Shown in pieces: positions 16,894 to 26,391 of a stretch of DNA of 32,676 nucleotides. Position 1 is the stretch's first letter, and each line of letters begins with the position of its first letter. The position numbers and the translations under genes were made by a program. Source of the stretch: Schlesneria sp. (lineage in GTDB: Bacteria; Planctomycetota; Planctomycetia; Planctomycetales; Planctomycetaceae); assembly GCA_043743205.1 (NCBI GenBank), contig JAYTXB010001125.1:1-32676 (forward strand). The letters are read 5' to 3'. Under the pieces are notes generated by a model. It was given only the letters and a program-made list of their open reading frames with translations, made no database searches and was not told the DNA's origin.

Positions 16894-16985
16894 CGTTTAA
16901 CCGCGTGGGCAACGCCCCGCGCGTGAGTGACGTTCGAGCCTGTTTCTTCGATCAACGCGCGGGGCGTTAGCCACCCGGCCAAACG
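16894..16985. repeat. REP-like inverted repeat pair
   Basis: Arms 16894-16924 and 16955-16985 pair at 26/31 positions, with a perfect core AACGCCCCGCGCGT/ACGCGCGGGGCGTT. Confidence 0.8.
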
Positions 16986-17085
16986 CCGCAAACATCTCAC
17001 GGGTGCTCGCTCAAGGTATACGAGCGACTTGAATTCCACTCCCAGATTAACGGAAGCTGTGGCCGTGTCCGCACTCGCCAGCTAG

Positions 17086-17211
17086 ACCTCACGCGGCCTT
17101 CGTTGAGACCTTTCGCCACCCCGCTCGGGGCTTGTCGGATTAATCGTATAGCCGCAAGCCGACAGTCCCCAAGCCCAGTGGCGGAAGGTCTCACTTCAGG
17201 CCGCGCGAGGT
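17086..17211. repeat. Nested inverted repeat (hairpin within hairpin)
   Basis: Outer arms 17086-17119 and 17178-17211 pair at 28/34. Inner arms 17127-17138 and 17159-17170 pair at 10/12. Confidence 0.75.
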
Positions 17212-17244
17212 AGAAACGCCACTCCCCACTGATGACGCGATTCC

Positions 17245-18987
17245 ATGACAAAACCCAAATCAACGAACATGACGAGCAATACGTTGCTCCACGGATTCTT
17301 GGCACTGTTCGGGTTGCCGTTCGCGCTGGCCGGATTGGCGGCGGCGATCTCCATGTTGCAAATTGGCTATGACGACCTGCGAATGCAGTTCTGGACCGAG
17401 ACGCCGTGTGAGATCGTCTCCGCAAAACTGGTCGAAGTACCGGGTGACGACACGATGCTGTATCGCGTGACGGCCGAATACCGCTATCAGTGGCAAGGGG
17501 CGACGATCAACGGCACGCGAGTCTCATTGATGGATCGAACCGCCAGCAGCAACCTAACTCACTATCAAAAACTGTTTGAAGAATTGGAGCAGCATCGGCT
17601 CAACGGTCAGCCGGTTCCTTGCTGGGTCAACTCGAGTCTTCCCTCCGAGGCAGTCCTTTTTCGAGAGGGGCAATGGGGCGAAGTCGCGCTGATGAGTCTC
17701 GCGGCGGTCATGTTCGGTGGCGTTGGATTTGGTCTGTTGGGCGTCGTCTTCTTTTCTTGGCGCGACGAGCGTCGCAAGCCGAGTGTCCAAGACTCCACCG
17801 ACAAGCCTTGGTTATCTCGCAGCGACTGGGCGAGCGGCGAGATCGTTCACTCCGACCGGAAGAGCGGCATGATCTGGAACTGGGTTTCTGGAGCGATGCT
17901 CTTGATGTCGGCACCGTCGATGATGATCAGCGGTCGTGCCGTCGCCGCCGGGAACTGGCTGGCGTTGCTCGGTCTGATCCCCACCGCGATCGCGCTGTTG
18001 ACGCAATGGAAGGCGCGCAACCTCCTTTCTCGCTGGCGATGCTTTGGCGATTCCACCCTGAAAATGTCCACGATCCCCGGCGTGATCGGTGGCGAGTTCC
18101 GCGCTGTCATTTGTCCCGAGCGTCTGACCGAGTCCCCCGACGGATACCAACTCCGGCTCACATGCACCGAGACGTTCCGATCATCGGGCGACGACGGACC
18201 ATCGACGAAGAGCCTGTGGGACGAACAGCGAATCGTGATTTGCGAGCTGAGCGACGACACCGGTCAACTCGCGATCCCCGTGCTGTTTCAGCTCCCCTAC
18301 GACGCCCCGACAACGGAGCTTGATCCGGAGCGAGATAAACGCACGTGGAAGCTCAGCGTCAAATCGCTCACAGAGGGACACGGCTATCAGTCTGAGTTTG
18401 AAGTCCCGATCTGTCGTACTTCCGACAGTCAACAAAACTTCAAACCAGCGACCGATCTGCAGGAGTACCTCGCGCCGCGTGATCCCATGTGGGGACTCAA
18501 AACGGGAGGAGTGATCGTCGAAGAACTCGATGATGGCGGCTGTCGCCTGATGTTCCCGCGCGGCAGGCATCTCGGCTTCGCCATCGGCATGTTGTTCGTG
18601 CAAGCGGTCTTCGTGGTGGCGGTCACTGCGGGCCTCTACTTCTATTGGAAGGCGGGCTGGATGTACGTCGGGGCGTTCTTGGGATTCGGCTTCGTCTGGG
18701 CACTCCTTGAGCTACTGCATCACAGCGAAGTCGTCATCACGCGCGCGGGCCTCGAAGTGCGCAGTGGCTGGTTCCGACTGGGCACACCACAAACCGCCAG
18801 CCGGTCTGACATCCAGGACATCACACTCACCGCCGTCGGCTCGGCGGGCAACGTGACCGCCTACGATGTCCGCGCTCTGCTGAAGAACAAATCGTCCGTA
18901 CTCCTCGCCAAACGCGTCCTCCCGCAAGCCGCCGCCGAACAACTCAAGCAACGGTTGCTGCAATTGCTACGACACGACATCAAGTGA
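17245..18987 (+). CDS. DUF3592 domain-containing multi-pass membrane protein
   Basis: N-terminal TM, then WTETPCEIVSAKL..YRVTAEYRYQWQG..VPCWVNSSLPSEAVLFR, then further TM pairs, KPWLSRSDWASG and FEVP. Start 17245 or 17269. Confidence 0.85.
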   Translation: MTKPKSTNMTSNTLLHGFLALFGLPFALAGLAAAISMLQIGYDDLRMQFWTETPCEIVSAKLVEVPGDDTMLYRVTAEYRYQWQGATINGTRVSLMDRTASSNLTHYQKLFEELEQHRLNGQPVPCWVNSSLPSEAVLFREGQWGEVALMSLAAVMFGGVGFGLLGVVFFSWRDERRKPSVQDSTDKPWLSRSDWASGEIVHSDRKSGMIWNWVSGAMLLMSAPSMMISGRAVAAGNWLALLGLIPTAIALLTQWKARNLLSRWRCFGDSTLKMSTIPGVIGGEFRAVICPERLTESPDGYQLRLTCTETFRSSGDDGPSTKSLWDEQRIVICELSDDTGQLAIPVLFQLPYDAPTTELDPERDKRTWKLSVKSLTEGHGYQSEFEVPICRTSDSQQNFKPATDLQEYLAPRDPMWGLKTGGVIVEELDDGGCRLMFPRGRHLGFAIGMLFVQAVFVVAVTAGLYFYWKAGWMYVGAFLGFGFVWALLELLHHSEVVITRAGLEVRSGWFRLGTPQTASRSDIQDITLTAVGSAGNVTAYDVRALLKNKSSVLLAKRVLPQAAAEQLKQRLLQLLRHDIK

Positions 18988-19234
18988 CGCGCCGCACACT
19001 CACCGCGATTGCTGACGCGAGCAGAAGAGTGGCTACCTCGACCACGGAATTGATGCGCCGGTCCTTAGATTTGATTCAGGGAGATTCGTTTGATTCGTGG
19101 TTCAACCGCTTGGTGAGATTGAGGGTTTCTCAGCAGGGATGACAGGGACAACGTTCTGTCGGGTGACTTCGGGCGGCATCCTCGGTTCAATGTCGGGCGC
19201 TGGCTGAAGTGACGGGAACCTTTGAGGACGTGAC

Positions 19235-22200
19235 ATGCTGCGATGCCTGATGACGCGGACGGCAATGGCGAGTGTTGAGATCAAGACTGCGGCGGTGAAC
19301 TCCGTCGTGGTGCAGCCTGTCCGGCTCATCGCGATGAGCCTGACTCTGCTGGCGGGAGTGGCTCACGCTGCCGAACTGCCTCCCGCTGTGGATCGCCAGA
19401 TCGAATTCGCTCGCGATGTCCAGCCGTTGCTGACGAAGCGATGTCTGTCGTGTCATGGGGAGGCGAAGCAGGAGTCGGGATTGCGACTCGATCGGCGCGG
19501 GTTGGCTCTCAAGGGAGGCGACTTGGGAACGGTGATCGTGCCGGGAAAAAGTGGCGAGAGTCGGCTCATCAAATATGTCGCGGGAATCGATCCCGACCAT
19601 GTGATGCCGCCGGAAGGAGAGCGGCTGACGGCGGATCACGTCGGCGTGTTGAGAGCGTGGATTGATCAAGGGTTGATTTGGCCCGAGCGTGATGAGGTCG
19701 CGGCAAAGAACTCGCACTGGTCGTATCAACCGGTACGTCGTGTGACTCCGCCGACCGTCGCGCGTCGCGAATGGGCGACGAGTCCCATCGACCTGTTCGT
19801 ACTGAGTCAACTGGAGCAGAGACAGCTCGCGCCGTCGCCCGCTGCCGATCGCATCACGCTCATCCGGCGATTGAACCTCGACCTGATCGGACTGCCGCCG
19901 TCGGTGGCCGAGGTCGATGAGTTCGTCAACGACGCGCGGCCGAAGGCGTATGAACTGCTCGTCGATCGGCTGCTTGCCTCCAAACACTTTGGTGAACGGT
20001 GGGGGCGGCATTGGCTCGACATGGCGCGCTATGCCGATTCGGATGGCTACGAGAAGGATAATCCTCGACCCGATGCCTACCGCTGGCGCGACTGGGTGAT
20101 CGACGCCATCAATGCCGACATGCCTTTCGATCAGTTCACGGTCGAACAACTGGCGGGAGACCTGCTGCCGAATGCGACCGCGATGCAGAAGCTGGCGACG
20201 GCCTTTCATCGACAGACGCTGACCAACACCGAAGGGGGAACCGACCAGGAGCAGTTCCGCGTGGAAGCCTGCTTCGATCGAACGGAGACCACCGGCGCGG
20301 TCTGGCTCGGTCTGACAGTCGGCTGTGCCCGCTGTCACTCACATAAGTACGACGCGATCAGCCAGCGCGAGTACTACCAGCTCTTCTCGATTTTCAACAA
20401 CGGCGACGAGCAAACCACGGTCGTCCCGAAGTCAGACGAGGAGATCGCGGCGTATGCCCTCGCGAAGGCCGCTCACGATGCCAAGTTGGTTGATGCCACG
20501 GCAAAGTTGACCGCCGAGCAGACGAAGCTCGGTCCGTCCGTCGCGGCGTGGGAAACGAAGCTGCAAGAGCAACTGGCTCGCGTGGCTACCAACCCGCTGA
20601 AGCTGCACGCACTGGAGGAGCCTCAATTCACGAGTGATGTCGGCGTGACGTTCGCTTTGCAAAAAGATGGCTCGGCGTTGGTGAGCGGCCCCAATCCGGC
20701 GAGCGCTGTCTACACGATTACGGGACGCACGACGGTTGCGGGGCTGACCGGCCTGCGGATCGATGCCCTCTCCGATCCATCGCTTCCCGCGAAAGGGCCG
20801 GGCCGAGTCGCTCACGGCAACTTTGTTTTGAGCGAACTGACGGCCGAAGTCGCATCACAGTCAGACTTCTCGGACGCTCGCAAGCTGGAATTCAGCGGAG
20901 CGAAAGCGGACTTTGAACAAGACAACGGTCGCTTTGCCGCGAAGTTCGTCATCGACGGGAAAACCGATACCGGTTGGGCGATCGCTCCGCAGTTCGGCAA
21001 AGATCATTGGGCAACGTTCACGCTGAACGAGCCGCTCAGCGGAACGACTCCAACTGGGGGAGCGGCTCAACTCGACAAGCCCCTGTTCGTGCGAGTCACG
21101 CTCCACCAGCAGCACGGCCAAGAACACACGTTGGGACGGTTCAAGGTCTCGCTGCAAACGGGGAGCGAACCGCCGGTCTCTCTCCCCGCGAACATTCTGA
21201 AAACGCTGGCCGTTGAGTCCGACAAGCGGTCGCCCGAGCAACGCCAAGAGTTGGTCGATTACATCAGTACGATTGATCCATCCACCAAAGAATTGGTCGC
21301 AAAGCGGGACGAGATCAAGAAACAGGAGCCTCCCAAACCGGAGCTGACGGCGCGCGTGCTGGCTCAGCGGATGAAAGAGCCGCGCCCGACGTTCGTCTTC
21401 AAACGAGGTGAATTTCTGGAGCCGTTGAAAGATTTGGAAGTCGAACCGGCGGGCTTCGCCACGTTGCCGCCGATGAAGCCGCGTCAGACAGAATCACGCG
21501 CCGATCGAATGGACCTCGCGACGTGGCTGGTTCAGGCCGACAACCCGCTCACGCCGCGCGTCACCGTGAATCACGTCTGGCGGCTGTTGTTTGGAAATGG
21601 TCTCGTCCGCACCTCGAACGACTTCGGCGTGCGCGGCGACAAGCCGTCGCATCCCGAGTTGCTCGATTGGCTGGCGGCGGAATTCGTCTCGCCAACTCCT
21701 TTGCCGAACAACGAAACAGCCAGGGCGTGGTCACGAAAATCACTCATCAACCGAATCGTAATGTCGGCCACTTACCAGCAGGCGTCCGTGCAGCGGCCCG
21801 AGCTACGTGAAGCCGATCCGCAAAACGTCTGGCTCGCGCGGCAGAACCGGTTGCGCGTGGAGGGCGAGATCGTGCGCGACATCAGTCTCGACGTGGCCGG
21901 TTTGATCTCGAAGAAGATCGGTGGCCCGAGTGTCTTCCCGCCGCTGCCGCCGGGGATTGCCGAGTTGAGTTACGCGGGCAACTTCAAATGGGACGACTCG
22001 AAAGGTGAGGACCGCTACCGCCGTGGCATGTACACGTTCTTCAAACGGACGTCGCCTCATCCGAACCTGACGACGTTCGACTGTCCCGACGCGAACCTCA
22101 CGTGCATCGAGCGCCGCGCGTCCAACACACCGCTGCAAGCCCTCACATCACTCAACAACGAGCAGTTCATCGAGACCGCCCGCGCGTTCGCACGTCGCCT

Positions 22201-22465
22201 GCTGACCGCTCCCGCCGAGGACGACACCGCGCGACTAACGCACGGCTTCCGCCTCTGCGTTGCCCGCCCGCCGCGATCCGTCGAGCTGAACGAACTGACC
22301 ACGCTCCTTACCGCCGCGCGAGACTGGTATCGCGAACATCCCGACGCGGCCAAGCAACTGATCGGCAGCGACGCGGCCCCGTCCGTCAAACCCGATGAAA
22401 ACGCTAGCTGGATTGCCACCGCACGCATCCTGCTCAACCTCGATGAGTTCATCACAAGAGAGTGA
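19235..22465 (+). CDS. Planctomycete cytochrome c + DUF1549 + internal galactose-binding-like domain + DUF1553 protein
   Basis: RBS GAGGA. Motifs CLSCHG, FGERWGRHWLD, CARCHSHKYD, GNFVLSE..ADFEQ..IDGKTDTGWAI, NTPLQAL and LLNLDEFITRE. Confidence 0.93.
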   Translation: MLRCLMTRTAMASVEIKTAAVNSVVVQPVRLIAMSLTLLAGVAHAAELPPAVDRQIEFARDVQPLLTKRCLSCHGEAKQESGLRLDRRGLALKGGDLGTVIVPGKSGESRLIKYVAGIDPDHVMPPEGERLTADHVGVLRAWIDQGLIWPERDEVAAKNSHWSYQPVRRVTPPTVARREWATSPIDLFVLSQLEQRQLAPSPAADRITLIRRLNLDLIGLPPSVAEVDEFVNDARPKAYELLVDRLLASKHFGERWGRHWLDMARYADSDGYEKDNPRPDAYRWRDWVIDAINADMPFDQFTVEQLAGDLLPNATAMQKLATAFHRQTLTNTEGGTDQEQFRVEACFDRTETTGAVWLGLTVGCARCHSHKYDAISQREYYQLFSIFNNGDEQTTVVPKSDEEIAAYALAKAAHDAKLVDATAKLTAEQTKLGPSVAAWETKLQEQLARVATNPLKLHALEEPQFTSDVGVTFALQKDGSALVSGPNPASAVYTITGRTTVAGLTGLRIDALSDPSLPAKGPGRVAHGNFVLSELTAEVASQSDFSDARKLEFSGAKADFEQDNGRFAAKFVIDGKTDTGWAIAPQFGKDHWATFTLNEPLSGTTPTGGAAQLDKPLFVRVTLHQQHGQEHTLGRFKVSLQTGSEPPVSLPANILKTLAVESDKRSPEQRQELVDYISTIDPSTKELVAKRDEIKKQEPPKPELTARVLAQRMKEPRPTFVFKRGEFLEPLKDLEVEPAGFATLPPMKPRQTESRADRMDLATWLVQADNPLTPRVTVNHVWRLLFGNGLVRTSNDFGVRGDKPSHPELLDWLAAEFVSPTPLPNNETARAWSRKSLINRIVMSATYQQASVQRPELREADPQNVWLARQNRLRVEGEIVRDISLDVAGLISKKIGGPSVFPPLPPGIAELSYAGNFKWDDSKGEDRYRRGMYTFFKRTSPHPNLTTFDCPDANLTCIERRASNTPLQALTSLNNEQFIETARAFARRLLTAPAEDDTARLTHGFRLCVARPPRSVELNELTTLLTAARDWYREHPDAAKQLIGSDAAPSVKPDENASWIATARILLNLDEFITRE

Positions 22466-22866
22466 GGTTCGCCTTGGTCACTGAGATTCAAGAGTACAAC
22501 GACGAGCAGGAACCGTCTGACAAAGACATCTGCGATGCCTTGGCTGATGAGATTGATAGAGGTTTGTCCGGAGCTGAGTGCAAGATCTGGCACGCGCATC
22601 CCGTCTGGTTCCTCGATGGAAATCCTCTCGTCGGTTACAGCAGGCAGAAAGCGGGGATTCGACTGATGTTCTGGAGCGGTGCGTCGTTTGACGAAAAGGG
22701 CCTGAATGTCGTCGGCAAGAAATTCAAGGACGCTTCGGTCTTTTACAACGATGTGTCCGAGATCAAGAAGACCGTATTGAGGCGATGGCTGAAGAAAGCC
22801 AAGACGGTTCAATGGGACTACAAGAACATTGTGAAACAAAAAGGGAAGCTTGAGAGGCTGATTTGA
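22462..22866 (+). CDS. DUF1801 (YdhG-like) domain protein
   Basis: Motifs KIWHAHPVWFLDGNPLVGYS, RLMFWSG and QWDYKNIVK. The GTG start overlaps the upstream TGA (TTG 22474 is also possible). Confidence 0.88.
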   Translation: MRFALVTEIQEYNDEQEPSDKDICDALADEIDRGLSGAECKIWHAHPVWFLDGNPLVGYSRQKAGIRLMFWSGASFDEKGLNVVGKKFKDASVFYNDVSEIKKTVLRRWLKKAKTVQWDYKNIVKQKGKLERLI

Positions 22867-22971
22867 CTCAAGGGAGATGAACTCGATGTCTTGCGAGGTC
22901 TGTTCCGTTTCACGTCCTCACGCCGCGAATGTCACACCTGCGAAACGGCTGCGGTCGTTCGGAGAATCAAC

Positions 22972-24504
22972 ATGATGAATCCATTCCAACAGCATCTGCT
23001 TCAAACTCGACGAGACTTCCTGACCTCGATGGCCAGCGGGTTGGGGTTGGCCGGATTGGCGGGGGCGTTACTTCAGGATGGCCGCTTTGGACCGTCGTCG
23101 CTTGCCGCCGCTGAGGCTTCTCCGGGGCGTGGTCACGCTGATCCAGCGGACACGGTTCGGCAGGCCATTCTGAACCGGATGCCGCACTTCGCACCGCAGG
23201 CGAAGAGTTGCATCTTCCTTCTGCAAGCCGGTGCGCCGTCTCATCTGGACCTCTTTAACCCGAAGCCGAAACTCAATGAGTTGGATGGCAAACCGCTGCC
23301 GAAGGAGATGCTCGAAAAGGTCCGCTTCGCGTTCATCAAGAAGGACTCGGCCGTGCTGCTCGGTTCGCCACGCATGTGGTCGAAGCATGGCGAATGCGGG
23401 ATGGATTTCTCCGACTTCGTTCCCAACATCGCAAGCTGTGCCGACGACATCCTGATGATTCGCTCGATGCACTCCGAGCAGTTCAATCATCATCCCGGCC
23501 AGTTGCTGCTCAGTTGCGGTCGCGCGACGTTTGGTCTGCCGACGATGGGAAGTTGGCTGACGTATGGACTCGGCACAGAATCGCAGAACCTGCCCGGTTA
23601 TGTGGTCCTCACCAGCGGACGCGGTTCGAGTGGCGGAGCGTCGCTATGGTCCAGCGGCTTCCTGCCGTCGCATCATGCGGGAGTCCTCTTCCGCAATCAG
23701 GGTGAGCCGGTGTTGAACTTGTCGAACCCTGCTGGCCTGCCGCCCGAGTTGCAACGGCGCGGCCTCAATACGCTCAAGTCGCTGAACGAACGACGACTGG
23801 ACGACATGCAAGACCCCGAGATCGCCAGTCGCATTGCCAGCTATGAACTCGCCTTTCGGATGCAGTCGGCCGCTCCGGAGTTGATCGACCTCAACGGTGA
23901 AACGGCCACGACGCAGGATGCCTATGGGATCAACCGCGCCCAGCATCCGCAGGCGACGGGTCGAGGCCACGTGAACAATGCGCAGTTGTCGTTCGCTCGC
24001 AACTGCCTGCTCGCGCGGCGCATGGTCGAGCGGGGCGTCCGCTTTGTAAACATCATTTACGAGGCGTGGGACCAGCACAGCAGTCTCGAAGCCGACCTGC
24101 ATTACAACACGTGGGTCGTCGATCAACCGATCGCGGCGCTCATCAAGGACCTCAAGCAGCGCGGACTGTTCGACAGCACGCTGATCGTGTGGGGTGCCGA
24201 GTTCGGTCGCACGCCACTCGGTGAGAATCGCAACGGCCGCGAAGCCAACACCGGCCGCGATCATCATCCGTTCGCGTTCTCAATGTGGATGGCCGGCGGC
24301 GGCGTGAAGGGCGGAACGATCTACGGCGACTCCGACGAAATCGGCTGGGGCGTTGCGCGAGACCCCGTTTCCATGAACGACTTCCACGCCACGCTGCTGC
24401 ACCTGTTCGGCCTCGACCACCTGAAGCTGACTCACCGCAACCAAGGCCGCGACTTCCGCCTGACCGATGTCGGCGGCAAGGTCATGACTGATTGGTTGGC
24501 CTGA
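22972..24504 (+). CDS. DUF1501 domain protein
   Basis: GGAG RBS before ATG 22972. Motifs TRRDFL, AKSCIFLLQAGAPSHLDLFNPKP, EFGRTP, GRDHHP and RLTDVGG. Confidence 0.93.
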   Translation: MMNPFQQHLLQTRRDFLTSMASGLGLAGLAGALLQDGRFGPSSLAAAEASPGRGHADPADTVRQAILNRMPHFAPQAKSCIFLLQAGAPSHLDLFNPKPKLNELDGKPLPKEMLEKVRFAFIKKDSAVLLGSPRMWSKHGECGMDFSDFVPNIASCADDILMIRSMHSEQFNHHPGQLLLSCGRATFGLPTMGSWLTYGLGTESQNLPGYVVLTSGRGSSGGASLWSSGFLPSHHAGVLFRNQGEPVLNLSNPAGLPPELQRRGLNTLKSLNERRLDDMQDPEIASRIASYELAFRMQSAAPELIDLNGETATTQDAYGINRAQHPQATGRGHVNNAQLSFARNCLLARRMVERGVRFVNIIYEAWDQHSSLEADLHYNTWVVDQPIAALIKDLKQRGLFDSTLIVWGAEFGRTPLGENRNGREANTGRDHHPFAFSMWMAGGGVKGGTIYGDSDEIGWGVARDPVSMNDFHATLLHLFGLDHLKLTHRNQGRDFRLTDVGGKVMTDWLA

Positions 24505-24540
24505 TCACAAATCAGGAATGAACTAAGACGGTCGGTAGCT

Positions 24541-24627
24541 GTGGCTGGACACCGCTATGAGCGAAGCGGCGGATTTTTCACCAAACTTCAGACCGGGGCA
24601 TCACGAACCCGCTCTGGTCCCAGCCAC
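24541..24627. repeat. Degenerate REP-like doublet (GTGGCTGG...CCAGCCAC family)
   Basis: Same terminal motifs as 25667-25757. The right arm is CCGGGGCATCACGAACCCGCTCTGGTCCCAGCCAC. Confidence 0.55.
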
Positions 24628-24925
24628 TCCGCCCAAAGCCGCGTCCGGGTCACCCCGTCAACTCCGACAACAGCATTCGTTGACCCCAATTTTCGGGCAT
24701 CGGGCGGCCCGGCTTGCGTCAAGCCGGGCCGCAGGCCCAAGAAACTTTTTGGGACGCCCGATGAAATGGTATGGCGCGGCTTTGATCAACGTTCGATGTG
24801 AAGTTTCTTGTGCTTCGCACCCAGCTTGAGGCACGCTGGTCCACCCGGCGATGATGGTGCGTTCCGAAGACTCCACGCACCCTACGGAACTGGCGAGCGA
24901 GCCGGGTCGAAGACGACACACGGGG

Positions 24926-25486
24926 TCATGCGGCCTGCTTCTCTTCGTCGGCCAGTCGCGCCGACGTGGCCTCGGTGGCCACCAGCGCCTTTTCGAGTTC
25001 CTGCATCACGGCCACGAACGGGGTTTCCTTCACCATCTCCCTCAGTTCCAGATCCTGACCGATTTTCTTCAGGCCCAGGTGGTTGCAGATCGACTGCAAC
25101 ATCTGGAGCATCTTCGTCGTCTCCTGCTCGCTCAACATGCCGACTTGAAGCCCGACGTGCGCCCACTGGTCGGCTTGACGAGTCTGGCGCTGCTGGCTCA
25201 TCAGGACGAACATCGAGAGCAGGGCCGCCTCGGAGGCGATGCACAGGGCGAGGAAACAGAACGGATACGGATCGAAATGCACGATGCCCAGGCAGTCGAA
25301 CGTATTGACCAGAATCCAGCCGGCAAACCAGGCCAAGTGCCCCACGATGAAGAAGGGACTGGCGGCAACATCCGCGATCCGGTCGCTGATGCAGGCGACG
25401 GTCGATCGCTGGCGCAGAAACTCCTGTTCGAGTTCGGCAATCGAGTCGATGTTGCGTTGAACTCGTTCCGGAATCGGCAGGCTCAT
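24926..25486 (-). CDS. DUF1003 domain-containing membrane protein
   Basis: Motifs HLAWFAGWILVN, HFDPYPFCFLALCIASEAALLSMFVLMSQQRQ and LSEQETTK. Start trimmed to ATG 25486, because the longer upstream start runs through a palindrome. Confidence 0.9.
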   Translation of the reverse strand: MSLPIPERVQRNIDSIAELEQEFLRQRSTVACISDRIADVAASPFFIVGHLAWFAGWILVNTFDCLGIVHFDPYPFCFLALCIASEAALLSMFVLMSQQRQTRQADQWAHVGLQVGMLSEQETTKMLQMLQSICNHLGLKKIGQDLELREMVKETPFVAVMQELEKALVATEATSARLADEEKQAA

Positions 25487-25666
25487 CGCTGGAATCCCCC
25501 GGGCCAAGCCTGACGCCACGGCGTCGGCTCGCATTTTGAGGCACCTGCCTCCCATCAAACGCCAGCATGCCACTCCCTGCGCACACCGCACATTGCAGAA
25601 GTGACTTAGGCAACTGGTGGGGCGATATAGCTGGCAAACAATTCCGAGTCCAGACGAGTCGGCGGT

Positions 25667-25757
25667 GTGGCTGGGGTCGGCGTTTCGACGCCCCCAGTGA
25701 GTGTGACCCATGACGAGGTCTCTTCACGGGGGGCCACGAAGTGTGGCCCCCAGCCAC
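25667..25757. repeat. REP-like doublet (GTGGCTGGGG...CCCCAGCCAC)
   Basis: Perfect 10-bp outer arms. The inner CCCCCAGTGA/TCACGGGGGG pair, and each arm has its own small hairpin. Confidence 0.75.
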
Positions 25758-25816
25758 CCGGCCGGCTCACTCAACGTGAGACCAATCCCCTGACGATGTC
25801 GGCTGCTGCCTTACCG

Positions 25817-25910
25817 GCCTGTTGAAAACCGTAGGATGGGCACCTTGCCCGTCCGTTTTTACAGCCGAAAAACGACGGCCTGGGAGGCCATCCTACAGTT
25901 TTCAACGGGC
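25817..25910. repeat. MITE-like element: GTAG-REP doublet inside GCCYGTTGAAAAC terminal inverted repeats
   Basis: Arms 25817-25853 and 25874-25910 pair at 30/37. GTAG at 25831 and CTAC at 25893. Confidence 0.8.
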
Positions 25911-25918
25911 TGTTACGC

Positions 25919-26085
25919 TCAGCCCGCGATCACCACCGTCACGACGGGGCTGGTGACGAAGCCGGGGTTGGAGTTGGCCACGCGGGTGCGGAACGAAACC
26001 GTGCTGCCGGGGTCGAACGGGCCGACGGTCATTTGATTCGCCGTGATGGGCGTGGAATGGCCGAACTCGGTCTCGCCGGGAAAAA
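25919..26085 (-). pseudogene. 3' remnant of a gene with an FN3/Ig-like beta-sandwich C-terminus
   Basis: FPGETEFGHSTPITANQMTVGPFDPGSTVSFRTRVANSNPGFVTSPVVTVVIAG* has GC3-rich codons and FN3-like strands. The upstream frame dissolves into the 21-bp repeat region. Confidence 0.5.
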
Positions 26086-26147
26086 GCGACGACACGCAGC
26101 TGGAGCGAAGCAACACGCCGCCGGGACGGAGCGACTCGACGGGTGCG

Positions 26148-26391
26148 CAGGCCCACTTGTCGGGGCAACAAGTCGGCCAGTCGAGCCGGAAAGTCGCCAA
26201 GTCGAGCCAACCAGCCGACATGTCAGGCCAAACAGTCGCCCCGTCCACCCGGCAAGCTGGCCCGAACAGTCGGCAAGTCAGCTCAGCCAGCCGTCGAGTC
26301 GGCCCGAGAAGTCGGCAAGGGGGGTGAGAAACCCGCCCAGTGGGGGCAACAAGTCAGCAAGTCGGCCCAACCAGCCGGCAAGTTTGGACGT
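26148..26391. repeat. Degenerate 21-bp tandem repeat array (~11 units)
   Basis: Units include caagtcggccagtcgagccgg, aaagtcgccaagtcgagccaa, caagtcagctcagccagccgt and caagtcagcaagtcggcccaa. One register break at 26316-26328. Confidence 0.8.

Noticed and set aside
19187-20338. 383-aa minus-strand ORF
   Set aside because: Antisense shadow of the DUF1549/1553 gene.
14356-24504. Two DUF1549/1553-DUF1501 pairs in opposite orientation as a recent inverted duplication or invertible segment
   Set aside because: The paralogs are strongly diverged and differ in domain content. Such pairs are highly multi-copy in planctomycetes, and no recombinase is present.
26148-26391. 21-bp array as CRISPR or as a diversity-generating retroelement template
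   Set aside because: No constant repeat/spacer alternation, no adenine-specific TR/VR pair, and no reverse transcriptase.
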